From Stellaceae bacterium (GTDB lineage: Bacteria; Pseudomonadota; Alphaproteobacteria; ATCC43930; CGMCC-115725): DNA of 64,000 bases. The notes beneath the pieces were generated by a model that was given only the letters and a program-made list of their open reading frames with translations, was not told the origin of the DNA and did not search any database. Shown piece by piece: positions 1 to 8,657 of this stretch (positions are counted from its first letter, which is position 1; every line of letters starts with the position of its first letter). Both the position numbers and the translations under genes were made by a program. The stretch spans positions 7,192 to 71,191 of the forward strand of contig DATMKU010000032.1 in assembly GCA_035570935.1 (NCBI GenBank). The letters run 5' to 3'.

Positions 1-301
1 CTGGGGCACCCCCATAACGCGTATCGAGCTGATGGGGCTTGCCGACGATTTTTTGGCGACAGGGCAGCGCATCTCCGCCGTCAACATCTTCGGCGACAGC
101 CGGCGGATCGCCCATGTCAGTTTCGGTTCGCTCGAAACTCTCTACCGTGTGCGAGTGGATCGCGATCGCCCGCGACTGCGTCGCGCGATGAGCGTCCCTG
201 TCGATCAGGCGGCATTGGATGCCAGCGCGTGCCAGTTCGTGCGCAATGACCAACCCGGTTGGACCGGCCCCGACGACCAGCGCACTCTGCCCGTTGCTCA
301 T
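1..301 (-). CDS. FAD-dependent monooxygenase, N-terminal part only (gene runs off the window start)
   Basis: My own minus-strand translation from the ATG at 299-301 gives MSNGQSALVVGAGPTGLVIAHELARAGIQCRLIDR. This is a GxGxxG dinucleotide-binding fold. An AGGAGGG Shine-Dalgarno lies on the complement of 308-314. The ORF is absent from the track because it is truncated by the window edge. The sequence beyond about residue 55 looks less family-like, so integrity is unverified. Confidence 0.6.
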   Translation of the reverse strand, partial: MSNGQSALVVGAGPTGLVIAHELARAGIQCRLIDRDAHRATQSRAIAIHSHTVESFERTETDMGDPPAVAEDVDGGDALPCRQKIVGKPHQLDTRYGGAP

Positions 302-319
302 GGCTATCCCTCCTTTAAA

Positions 320-339
320 TTGACTGACCGCCCAATCAA
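320..339. promoter_or_regulatory. Candidate TetR operator (imperfect inverted repeat TTGACTG-N6-CAATCAA)
   Basis: The repeat lies in the ~90 bp divergent region between the monooxygenase start (301) and the TetR start (393). The half-sites match 6 of 7 positions. Confidence 0.3.
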
Positions 340-392
340 CATATTTGCGCAACGATTTGTTCAAGACCCGCCCTGGGTGGCACAATGCCGTG

Positions 393-1079
393 ATGTCTAA
401 AAAGACCCCCGAGCCGCATCTCAAAACCAACCCCGCGGATCGGCCAATGGCGTCGCGCCGTCGCCGCGATCGCGAAATCCGCGAAAGCGAGATCCTCGAG
501 GCGGCGTTCGAGGAATTCGCCGCCCGCGGCTTTGCGGCGACCCGGTTGGAGGACGTAGCGCGCCGCGCCGGTGTCGCCAAAGGGCTCCCGAGCTTCTATT
601 TCGAAAGCAAGGAAGCGCTGTTCAAAGCGGTGCTGCGGCGGTTGGTGTTACCCGACCGGGATGTCCTCGACGCGCAGTTCGACGGGTCGGACCGTCCGAC
701 CGTCTCCTTGCTGCGCGGTCTGATCACGGTCGTGTACGAGCGATTGGTCGGAAATCCCCGCGCACACCAATTGCTGCGGCTGTTGATCGCCGAGGGGCCG
801 CGATTTCCCGAGCTGACCGAGTTCTATCACGCCGAGCTGATCGCGCGCGCGATCGCGCTCTTGCGCCGGCTGTTGGCGCGCGGCATGGAGCGCGGCGACA
901 TCCGACCCGGCCTAATCCTCGATTATCCGCAAACGATCATGGCGCCGGCATTGATGGCCGTGCTGTGGCAATTGCTGTTCGCCGAACACCACCCGCTCGA
1001 CCTCGCACGCTTTTTCGAGGCGCATCTCGACCTCGTGGTAAACGGCGTATCGGAGCGCCCTCACCCCGCCGAGGTGTAG
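393..1079 (+). CDS. TetR/AcrR family transcriptional regulator
   Basis: The N-terminal HTH region reads ILEAAFEEFAARGFAATRLEDVARRAGVAKGLPSFYFESKEALFKAVL. The ATG at 393 (MSKKTPEP) lies within the track ORF 345-1079. The gene is divergent from the monooxygenase. Confidence 0.9.
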   Translation: MSKKTPEPHLKTNPADRPMASRRRRDREIRESEILEAAFEEFAARGFAATRLEDVARRAGVAKGLPSFYFESKEALFKAVLRRLVLPDRDVLDAQFDGSDRPTVSLLRGLITVVYERLVGNPRAHQLLRLLIAEGPRFPELTEFYHAELIARAIALLRRLLARGMERGDIRPGLILDYPQTIMAPALMAVLWQLLFAEHHPLDLARFFEAHLDLVVNGVSERPHPAEV

Positions 1080-1504
1080 GCGCGGCCCGGCGGATAGGTA
1101 TCGTGTTTGGGCAGGTCCGGGTTCATGTGGTCCCAGGGTTGCGCGCTTTTGACAAAGATGTCGGCCTCGGGGCGGAATTCGCTCGGGTCGTCGAGGCTGC
1201 CGACCCGCAAGCCGACGATGTCCGGCCGCGCCGACACCTGGATAAACAAGGGGCAGCCGCATTCCCCGCAGAACGCCCGCGTCACTTCATTGCCGGCGTC
1301 GCTCAAGCTGACATAAAGCCTCGGCGTGCCGTTGGTGATGTGAAACCCGGCCGCCGGCACCCGCATTGCCGCGATATAGGCGCCCCCACTCTGGTGCTGG
1401 CAGTCGCGGCAATGGCACAACAGCGAATAGAGCGGCTCGCCCGCCGACTCGTACCGCACCCGCCCGCACAAACATCCGCCGCTCCTCACGTCAGTCATCG
1501 CCAC
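1061..1504 (-). CDS. GFA family protein (glutathione-dependent formaldehyde-activating / CENP-V-like Zn-binding fold)
   Basis: The ORF carries the Cys pattern GGCLCGRVRY...CHCRDCQ...FCGECGCPLF that is typical of the GFA family. Confidence 0.85.
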   Translation of the reverse strand: MAMTDVRSGGCLCGRVRYESAGEPLYSLLCHCRDCQHQSGGAYIAAMRVPAAGFHITNGTPRLYVSLSDAGNEVTRAFCGECGCPLFIQVSARPDIVGLRVGSLDDPSEFRPEADIFVKSAQPWDHMNPDLPKHDTYPPGRAYTSAG

Positions 1505-1600
1505 CTCCTGTCGCCCCGCTCGCCGGCCATGATACCGCGAGCCTTGGCGGGGGCGCGTCCAAGGTTAGGCCGCCGGGCGCTCATCCGGCCGCGACTGAAC

Positions 1601-2974
1601 TCAATGCACGTTCTGGTGGCCGATCGCCCAGACATAATCAGCGACCGCGGCAAGATCGGCCTGGGACAGCTGAACGCCGCCCACCGGCGGCATCGCACCG
1701 GTGTGGTTCTTGGGCTTGGGCACGCCGTGGACGATGGTCCGGGTAATCGCCGCAACACTACCGTTGCCCCATAGCCAGTTGCCGCTCGTCAAGTCCGAGC
1801 CCACTGCCGTGCCCTTGCTATCCGTGCCGTGGCATCCCGAGCACGTCCCGCCGGCGGCCTGACCGTGAAAAATGCGGAGAGGAACTGGCTTCCCTCATAG
1901 ATCAGATCAGCATGTCGTTGGGCGCCCAATGCGCCGGGAACGCCGCGACCGGCGCATCCTTCTTCGCGGCAGACGCCGACGGCCTTTGCACCATCGCCGC
2001 CGTATTCCGGGGCCAGCACGAGCTTATGCTGGAAGCGGTCGTAATAGCATTCCGGCCAGCCGAAATCGGCGCCCTGCCGCTCAATGGTCAATTCCTCGGC
2101 CGGCTGCTGTGCGTTCTGCATCAAGGTGCAGAGCTTGGGCCAGTTCTGCCCGAGCTGGTCGCGGCCGTGCTGGGTCGCGAAAATCCTACCCTCGGTATCA
2201 AACGAGATCCTCTTGCCGTTGCGCAGACCCGTCACGAAACGCTCCGCCGGCGAGAAGTGCTGGTCCAGCCGGTTGGCGTCGTAGCGCCAAGTGCCGCCAC
2301 GGGTCTGCAATTCGGTACACGGATTGTTGCCCGGCACATCAGGCATGTGGTTCTCGCTCTGGCACGAATTGGTGGCAGTGCCGAGGTCGACGTAGAGATT
2401 GCCCGCCGCGTCGATCGCGAAGGGGACGCATCGGATGGTCGCCGGTCAGCGGCAAGCCCGAAACGACGGTTTGCGCCGCTCCGGTCAGCGCGATCCCGTT
2501 CGCCGGCAGCGCATAACGCACGATGCGATCATTGCTCTCGGCATAGAGGTAACCCTTGTAGATCGCGACGCCGGTCCCGCCCTTGTTGCCGTCGGCCGCA
2601 GTGGGGCCAATGCGTACGATCTCGTCGGCCCGTTCATTGCCCGTGGTGTCTTGCAGAGCCCGCAGAAACCCGCCGGGTGGGGGCGGGCGTTATAGTAATA
2701 GACTCCGCTCCAGGTATTGACGTAGACGACCCCGTTCGCCGCCACCGCCATGTGCCGGCCGTGGGCCGAGCTTGTTGGCAAAAACGGTTGCGCAAAAGTC
2801 CGGCGACAACGTGATGCCGTCATTGTCCCCGGCGCACCCGCCCGAGGCTGCTGTCGGCGCGGCTGGGGATGTTTGCGCGTCCGACCGCGCTCCCGTCGCC
2901 AACAACAATCCCGCGGCAACGAGAATGGCGACATTCATCGGTGATTTTCCGACAAAACTTGCGCGAAAGTTCAT
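1601..2974 (-). pseudogene. PQQ-dependent sugar (sorbosone-type) dehydrogenase fused to a c-type cytochrome, disrupted by multiple frameshifts and a deletion
   Basis: Family-typical segments lie in different frames:
- Signal peptide MNVAILVAAGLLLATG (frame of 2690-2974).
- HMAVAANGVVYVNTWSG (frame of 2485-2934).
- RIVRYALPANG..LPLTGDHPMRP (frame of 2339-2521).
- FAIDAAGNLYVDLGTATNSCQ..TRGGTWRYDAN..GWPECYYD..APEYGGDG (frame of 1789-2346).
- AAFPAHWAPNDMLI (frame of 1902-2084).
- The haem motif CSGCH and the C-terminus ..DYVWAIGHQNVH ending at 1601.

A tandem 5-bp duplication (atcag atcag) sits at 1901-1910. Confidence 0.85.
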
Positions 2975-3465
2975 TCCCGGGGCCTCCTAGGGCAGCACGG
3001 AGGAATGGGCGAGCACGGCGAACCACCGCGCACCTCATTCGCTCGGCAAACGCAACGATGCCGAACTCGTTCAACGCGCCGCTAGGTGCCCGCGCATCCA
3101 ACTATCGAGGGGGGCGCTCGATGCAAATCGCGTGGACTGTGATGGCTGATTATCGTTTGGCACGATGATGCTGCCCAACGCGGCGAACATGCCGCCGACG
3201 CTGATATTCGACCCATACCAGGGAAACGGCGCGGAACAGGGTTCAACCAATCGAACTATGCCGAGATGTGCGAAGCGGATGGCTCTTATCCGCTCCGACG
3301 CCCACTGCACTAGGTTGCGGAGCGCGACAGTTCGATGGGACGCCTTTCTGACGCGGCCACCGTATATTCTCAATCGTATCGAACGCTCAGATTTCCGCGG
3401 GATCCACAAAATGCGACCCCAATCCGCAACGCGCTGCCGAAGCCGCTAATCACTTAGCCGTTGGG

Positions 3466-3975
3466 ATGCTGCAAGGCACGGGCTTTGCGCTGGCTGGCCT
3501 CGTCGTGGGCTTAATTACCAGTATAGTTCTCCGTCACCCCACGGGAATTGTCGCAGGCATCGCTGTTTCCGTATGGCTCTTCCTCCGAGCCAAAGAGCGT
3601 AATCGAAACCGGAGACATTTAGAGCTCGGTCACCCTGACTTAGGGACGAATGATCGCCGCTGGTGCGCACGGGCAAACAGGCAAGGTGCAGCGGAAGGAA
3701 ACGAAATGAGAAAGAAAGGCAAAATGCCGCCACCATCCGGCAATTATATGATATCAAACATATTACAGCTTTATAATAGGGCAAATCAAAATGATGACCC
3801 ACGGCATGTATTTTATAAAGCGATTCTGAATAACGAGACATATGAGGGTTATATTTACGCTGTTCGGGGTATCGCAGTCTCTCCCGACACTCCTAAAGGC
3901 ACCTATCATAAGAGGCCGGTAATTGGGCACGCCGAGTTTTTGTATGCTCGACGACAATCGTGGATCGAAAATTGA
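3466..3975 (+). CDS. Hypothetical protein with a predicted N-terminal membrane anchor and an AT-rich C-terminal part
   Basis: Track ORF of 169 aa. The N-terminus is hydrophobic (GFALAGLVVGLITSIVL, IVAGIAVSVWLFL). The 3' half (about 3700-3975) is conspicuously AT-rich and uses codons that are rare elsewhere in the window. I recognise no family. Confidence 0.35.
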   Translation: MLQGTGFALAGLVVGLITSIVLRHPTGIVAGIAVSVWLFLRAKERNRNRRHLELGHPDLGTNDRRWCARANRQGAAEGNEMRKKGKMPPPSGNYMISNILQLYNRANQNDDPRHVFYKAILNNETYEGYIYAVRGIAVSPDTPKGTYHKRPVIGHAEFLYARRQSWIEN

Positions 3976-4134
3976 ACAACGCTCGGGCGGCATCAGGGCG
4001 GCCGTTTGACACGCTCTACGCCTGCTACGGCGCTCATCAAAGCGGTGGCCGACGCCTACGCGTGCCGCAGCCAATCCCGTCTGGGCTAATACCGGAACGA
4101 TTAGAAGAATGGTTGGATGCGCCAGTTTGGCGCG

Positions 4135-4497
4135 TCAAAGCCGGCGCTTCGGGTTGTAGGGGCTTGCCGGGTTGACGTCGAGGTCGACCGCTTGCACGCA
4201 AGCCTGCCGTCTGGCGTGGCTGGAGCCGGCATGCCAGGGACCATCCCGGAGCTGACCGTTGGTGACCTTGGAAAGCCGAAGGCATTTCCATTGGCCTCCA
4301 GGCGGAAGGGGGCTGTTGCTTCGCCCGGCAAATTGATAGGCCAGTACCACCTCCTCCCCGTTGGTGTGGCCGAGAATGACGGGGCAGAGCTCGCGGAGGT
4401 ATCCACCGTAGGTGCAACGCACCTGCTTCCGGCCGGTCATTGCTTGTTCGAACAGATGGTAGGTGGCGCTTGGCACAGGATTGCTCGTCATCAGCAT
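4135..4497 (-). CDS. Conserved hypothetical small protein (WYL-like pattern, tentative)
   Basis: Track ORF of 120 aa. The segment VRCTYGGYLRELCPVILGHTNGEEVVLAYQFAGRSNSPLPPGGQWKCLRL resembles small beta-rich proteins I associate with WYL-type domains. This assignment is unverified. Confidence 0.5.
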   Translation of the reverse strand: MLMTSNPVPSATYHLFEQAMTGRKQVRCTYGGYLRELCPVILGHTNGEEVVLAYQFAGRSNSPLPPGGQWKCLRLSKVTNGQLRDGPWHAGSSHARRQACVQAVDLDVNPASPYNPKRRL

Positions 4498-4581
4498 TGA
4501 TCAGAAAATACATAGTCGGCAACCCGGACGCCGGCGAGACCACCGAAACCGTAAAGGCCCACGGCACAGTGGACGCACGCC

Positions 4582-5724
4582 TTAAGGCGGCTCGTTCGAC
4601 ATGATGATCGTGCCGGAGGCGGCGAACATGCCGCCGACACCGTGGCAGACCGAGATCTTGGCGCCGGGGATTTGGGCGGGGGCGATCCCGCGCATCTGAC
4701 GCACGCTTTCTTGCAGCGCGTACATGCCGTACATCCCGGAATGCATATAAGAGAGGCCGCCGCCATTGGTGTTGAGCGGGAGCTTGCCGCCGGGGGCGGT
4801 GTTGCGGGCGGCAATAAAGGGGCCGCCTTCGCCGCGCCCGACAAATCCCAGATCTTCGAGACCGTAGATCGGCAGGTGCGCAAAGGCGTCGTAGATCATT
4901 AGGTGGTCGACATCGTCGTGGGTGATGCCGGCCTCGGCAAAGGCCTTGGCGCCTGACACGCGAAACGCGCGCGACGAGGTGAAATCCGCCATCTGGCTTA
5001 CCATCGGGGTCTCGACCGACTCGCCGGTGCCGAGGATGAAGACGGGCTTTGTCGGGAAATCCTTGGCGCGCTCCGCCGATGCGAGAATTAACGCGCCGCC
5101 GCCATCGGTGACGAGGCAGCACTGCAACAGGCGAAACGGATAGGCGATCATTCGCGAGTTCAGCACGTCGGCGACGGTGATCGGGTCCTTGAAGGTGGCG
5201 CGCGGGTTCTTTGCCGCCCATTCGCGCTGCACGACCGAGACCATCGCCAATTGCTCGTGCGTCAGGCCATAGGTCTTCATGTAGCGCAAGACCGGGATCG
5301 TGAATAAAGAGGGTGGGCCCATTGGCCCGTACGGCTGCTCGAACTGGCCGGCGAGACTCGTCGGCGCCACGACGTTGCGAGTGCGCCCGACGCCGGAGCG
5401 GCCGCTCTCGCCATGGGTGATCAATACGGTGTCGCACAGCCCCGAGGCGATCGCCGCCGCGGCGTGGCGGGTGTGGATCATGAACGAGCAGCCGCCGACC
5501 GCGGTGCCGTCGACCCATTTCGGGGTGAGCCCGAGATAGTGCGCGATCGTGGTCGGGGTCTCGCCGGCGGTCGCGATGCCGTCGATGTCTGATGGTTTGA
5601 GCCCGGCGTCGCCCATTGCATTGAGCGCGGCATCGGCATGCAATTGGATTTGCGAGCTGTCGGGGATGACGCCGAGCCTGGTGGTTTCGGCCGCACCCAC
5701 GATGGCGATCGATTTCGGCTTCAT
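4582..5724 (-). CDS. Thiolase-like protein (SCP-x / lipid-transfer type acetyl-CoA acetyltransferase family)
   Basis: Reads MKPKSIAIVGAAETTRLG..DIDGIATAG...GGCSFM...NTNGGGLS..HGVGG. The start at 5724 (complement CAT at 5722-5724) lies within track ORF 4582-5838. It is 6 nt downstream of the DUF35 partner gene. Confidence 0.9.
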   Translation of the reverse strand: MKPKSIAIVGAAETTRLGVIPDSSQIQLHADAALNAMGDAGLKPSDIDGIATAGETPTTIAHYLGLTPKWVDGTAVGGCSFMIHTRHAAAAIASGLCDTVLITHGESGRSGVGRTRNVVAPTSLAGQFEQPYGPMGPPSLFTIPVLRYMKTYGLTHEQLAMVSVVQREWAAKNPRATFKDPITVADVLNSRMIAYPFRLLQCCLVTDGGGALILASAERAKDFPTKPVFILGTGESVETPMVSQMADFTSSRAFRVSGAKAFAEAGITHDDVDHLMIYDAFAHLPIYGLEDLGFVGRGEGGPFIAARNTAPGGKLPLNTNGGGLSYMHSGMYGMYALQESVRQMRGIAPAQIPGAKISVCHGVGGMFAASGTIIMSNEPP

Positions 5725-5729
5725 CGCAA

Positions 5730-6140
5730 CTACCTCGCGGCCGGGCGGAAGAGCGGCAAAGTGATGTCGTCGTCGAGCTTTTCGAAGGCGACCTCGACCG
5801 GCATGTCGAGCTGTAACGCCTCGGGCGTCTGCGGGCATTGGGTGATGTTGGTCATCATCCGCGGCCCCTCGTTCAATTCGACGACCGCGATCGCATAGGG
5901 CGGCGTGAAACCCGGCACCGGGCGGTGGTGGATCACATAGCTGAAGAGCCGCCCCTTGCCCGAGGCGCGGAACACCGCGATATCGCGCGAGGCACAGGCG
6001 GGGCAGAACGGGCGCGGCGGGAAATAGACCTTGCCGCAGGAGGTGCAGCGCTGCAGCCGCAATTCGCCGGCGCGGGTGCCGTCCCAGAAATGCTGCGTCT
6101 CCGGTGTCGGCTGCGGCCGTGCGCGTCGCCCTTCGGCCAT
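5730..6140 (-). CDS. Zn-ribbon/OB-fold protein (DUF35 family), the usual partner of SCP-x type thiolases
   Basis: Carries the motif RCTSCGKVYFPPRPFCPACAS followed by an OB-fold segment. The ATG at 6140 is preceded by a GGAGG Shine-Dalgarno. Confidence 0.85.
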   Translation of the reverse strand: MAEGRRARPQPTPETQHFWDGTRAGELRLQRCTSCGKVYFPPRPFCPACASRDIAVFRASGKGRLFSYVIHHRPVPGFTPPYAIAVVELNEGPRMMTNITQCPQTPEALQLDMPVEVAFEKLDDDITLPLFRPAAR

Positions 6141-6218
6141 TCCTCGCCTCCAGTGCTTCCTTTTGCTAACTCTGACGCGTGGCCCGCTTTCGGGCAAATG
6201 GAATGGATAAGGCCGATC

Positions 6219-6644
6219 TCAGCCTTGGTGACTCCACGGGTTGATCACAACGAGACCGGCGGCCTGGAACGGCCTCTCATCGCGAGTGGCGACGCTTAAA
6301 TCGTGAGCCGTTGCGATCGCGGCGATCTGTCCGTCCGGGACGGAGATTGGGTGCCCCTGACCGCGGGCGCGAATTACGACTTTTGCGAATGCCTCGGCGG
6401 CGGCAACGCCAAACAGGACTATGCGGTTGTCGAACAGACCGACAATTTGCGCGTCGAGCGCCGCCACGAGCGCCCGCCGCCGCCTTCCGGTAGGCAAACT
6501 CTCGATCCCCAGTAGCAACTCGGCGAGGCTGATCGTTGAAAGAAAAAGAGTTTCGATCGCTTGCGCGTCAAGCCAGTTCATTACCCGGCGATCGGGCATT
6601 GGCCGCATCGGCTCCGAGACGACGTTCGTGTCCAGCAGGATCAT
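6219..6644 (-). CDS. vapC: Type II toxin, PIN domain ribonuclease (VapC/FitB-like)
   Basis: Reads MILLDTNVVSE...SLAELLLG...DGQIAAIA...TRDERPF, which carries the PIN acidic residues. It overlaps the antitoxin stop by 4 nt. Confidence 0.9.
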   Translation of the reverse strand: MILLDTNVVSEPMRPMPDRRVMNWLDAQAIETLFLSTISLAELLLGIESLPTGRRRRALVAALDAQIVGLFDNRIVLFGVAAAEAFAKVVIRARGQGHPISVPDGQIAAIATAHDLSVATRDERPFQAAGLVVINPWSHQG

Positions 6645-6880
6645 TCAAGGTCGGCCGGCTCCGCCGGAGTCGCGTCTCGCGAAGTGTCGAGGTCGAGCCC
6701 TCCAAACGGACGCACGAGCGCGGCCAGCGCTGTCCCCAACTTTATTCGCTCCCTCGGTCGGACTGCGTTGTCGAGGATCATCCGCGCCTCAGCTTCCGTG
6801 CTCCGGCCGTGCCGGGCGGCGCGGGCTTGCAACGCCTGATGGGTTTCAGGCGAAATGTTGCGAATGACGATAGCGGCCAT
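6641..6880 (-). CDS. Type II antitoxin, ribbon-helix-helix (FitA/Arc-like, plasmid-stability StbC-like)
   Basis: Reads MAAIVIRNISPETHQALQARAARHGRSTEAEARMILDNAV. The ATG at 6880 lies within track ORF 6641-7129. Confidence 0.85.
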   Translation of the reverse strand: MAAIVIRNISPETHQALQARAARHGRSTEAEARMILDNAVRPRERIKLGTALAALVRPFGGLDLDTSRDATPAEPADLE

Positions 6881-6903
6881 GTCGTTTCCACTCGTGGACA
6901 CGC

Positions 6904-6933
6904 ATGATATCATCATCCCCCAATTGATATCAA
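6904..6933. promoter_or_regulatory. Candidate toxin-antitoxin operator: two 10-bp perfect palindromes, ATGATATCAT and TTGATATCAA
   Basis: The palindromes at 6904-6913 and 6924-6933 have centres 20 bp apart. They lie 24-53 bp upstream of the antitoxin start. Confidence 0.5.
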
Positions 6934-7015
6934 CCGCCGCAGACTTGGCCTGCTCGAACTTTGACGGCTGCGGCGATTTCGGGCAAACGAAAGCGGGAAT
7001 TTGGCGGAGGACGAA

Positions 7016-8623
7016 ATGGCGGCACAGCCAAAGAGCATCACGCCGGCGGAATTGTGTGCGCGGCCGCACGACGGCGGCGAGATCGCGGTCATCGATGCAC
7101 GCGAGGAGGGCAGCTTTCACCACCGACATCTGCTGATGGCGTCGTGCCTTCCATTGAGCCGGCTGGAGCTGATCGCGGCGGCGCTGTTGCCGCGCCGGTC
7201 AGCACCGATCGTCGTCTGCGACGATGATGGCGGAGCCGGCGGGGTCGCAGAGCGCGCGGCCCATCGGCTGATCGCGGGCGGCTGGAGCGATGTTTCGATA
7301 TTGGCCGGCGGGGTTTCGGCCTGGGAGGCAGCGGGCTATCCGGTCTATAGCGGCGTCCATGTGCCGAGCAAGGCCTTTGCCGAGGTCGTCGAGCACGAAT
7401 ACGGAACGCCGTGGATCAGCGCCGAGGAATTGGCGGAGCGCCAGAAAAACAGCGGACCGATGGTCATCTTCGACAGCCGCTCCTACGAGGAGTACCACTC
7501 GAACAGCATCCCGGGCGCGGTCAGCGTGCCCGGCGCCGAACTGGTTTACCGCTTTCACGAAATGGTACCGTCGCCCGACACCTTTGTGGTCGTCAATTGC
7601 GGCGGGCGCACGCGCAGCATCATCGGTGCCCAGGCACTGATCGACGCCGGCGTGCCGAACCGGGTGGTGTCGTTGAAGGACGGCACGATGGCGTGGCATC
7701 TCGCCGGCTTCGAGGTCGTCGCCGGCGCCGAGCTGCGCGCGCCTGAGGTCTCGGCCGCGGGGGTCGTCGCGGCACGGCAGCGGGCAGAGGCGGTCGCGCG
7801 CCGCTATGGAGTGGCAGCGATCGACCGCGCGACGTTGGCCGAATGGCAGCAGCAGGCCGACCGGCGCACGCTCTACGTGCTCGATGTCCGCGACCCGGCT
7901 GAATACCGCTCCGGGCATCTGCCGGGCTCGCTGATGGCGCCGGGCGGGCAATTGGTGCAGGAGACCGACAGCTGGCTCGGGATTTGGGGTGCGCGGGTCG
8001 TGCTCGTCGACGACACCGGCGTACGGGCGCGGATGACCGCCTCGTGGCTCCGGCGCATGGGTTGGGACGCGGCGGTGCTAGACCACGGCCTCGAGGGTGC
8101 TGTGCTCGAAAAGGGGATGCCGGCGATTGACACCGGCATGTTTCCGCTCGCCGGGCCGGAGCCTGCGGCGGCGTCGCCCGGGGAGCTCGCCGCCAACCCA
8201 GGGGCGGTCGTGGTCGATCTGGGGTTGAGCCGCCGCCATCGCGAAGGTCACATTCCCGGCGCCTGGTTTGCGATCCGCGCCCGCCTCGCCGCGGCGCTCG
8301 ACAAAGTGCCGGCCTCGGGCGAATTGGTATTGACCAGCGAGGACGGCGCCAATGCGCGCTTCGCCGCCGCCGAGATCGGCGCCCGGCGCCGGGTCAAGGT
8401 GCTGTCGGGCGGCACCGCGGCGTGGCAAGCGGCCGGGTTGCCGCTCGAAACCGGGATGGCAAAGCTCGCCGACGAGCCCGATGATGTGTCTTTGTCGGCG
8501 CGCGACCGGCCGGCCGAGCGCGAGCGCTACATGCGTGAATACCTCGCCTGGGAAATCGACCTCGTCAACCAGATCGCGCGCGACGACGATTGTCGCTTCC
8601 GCCTCGCTTCGGTGGCGAATTGA
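7016..8623 (+). CDS. Multi-domain rhodanese-like sulfurtransferase (four tandem rhodanese modules)
   Basis: Four repeats have the rhodanese layout. The second carries an NCGGRTRS active-site loop. The ATG at 7016 is preceded by GGAGGA; the track ORF starts at a TTG at 7001. Confidence 0.85.
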   Translation: MAAQPKSITPAELCARPHDGGEIAVIDAREEGSFHHRHLLMASCLPLSRLELIAAALLPRRSAPIVVCDDDGGAGGVAERAAHRLIAGGWSDVSILAGGVSAWEAAGYPVYSGVHVPSKAFAEVVEHEYGTPWISAEELAERQKNSGPMVIFDSRSYEEYHSNSIPGAVSVPGAELVYRFHEMVPSPDTFVVVNCGGRTRSIIGAQALIDAGVPNRVVSLKDGTMAWHLAGFEVVAGAELRAPEVSAAGVVAARQRAEAVARRYGVAAIDRATLAEWQQQADRRTLYVLDVRDPAEYRSGHLPGSLMAPGGQLVQETDSWLGIWGARVVLVDDTGVRARMTASWLRRMGWDAAVLDHGLEGAVLEKGMPAIDTGMFPLAGPEPAAASPGELAANPGAVVVDLGLSRRHREGHIPGAWFAIRARLAAALDKVPASGELVLTSEDGANARFAAAEIGARRRVKVLSGGTAAWQAAGLPLETGMAKLADEPDDVSLSARDRPAERERYMREYLAWEIDLVNQIARDDDCRFRLASVAN

Positions 8624-8657
8624 CGGACGATCGATGGCATGAGAGCGGCAAATCCGG

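Noticed and set aside
32-400. A 122-aa plus-strand ORF at the window start.
   Set aside because: The opposite strand encodes a GxGxxG FAD-binding N-terminus with a strong Shine-Dalgarno site. The plus-strand translation has no features, and it overlaps the TetR start region.
4037-5518. A 493-aa minus-strand ORF in the six-frame track.
   Set aside because: It shares the strand of the well-supported thiolase gene (4582-5724) but lies in a different reading frame, with which it overlaps. Its translation is an Arg/Pro/Gly/His-rich string with no domain signature. This is typical of a spurious open frame in high-GC DNA.
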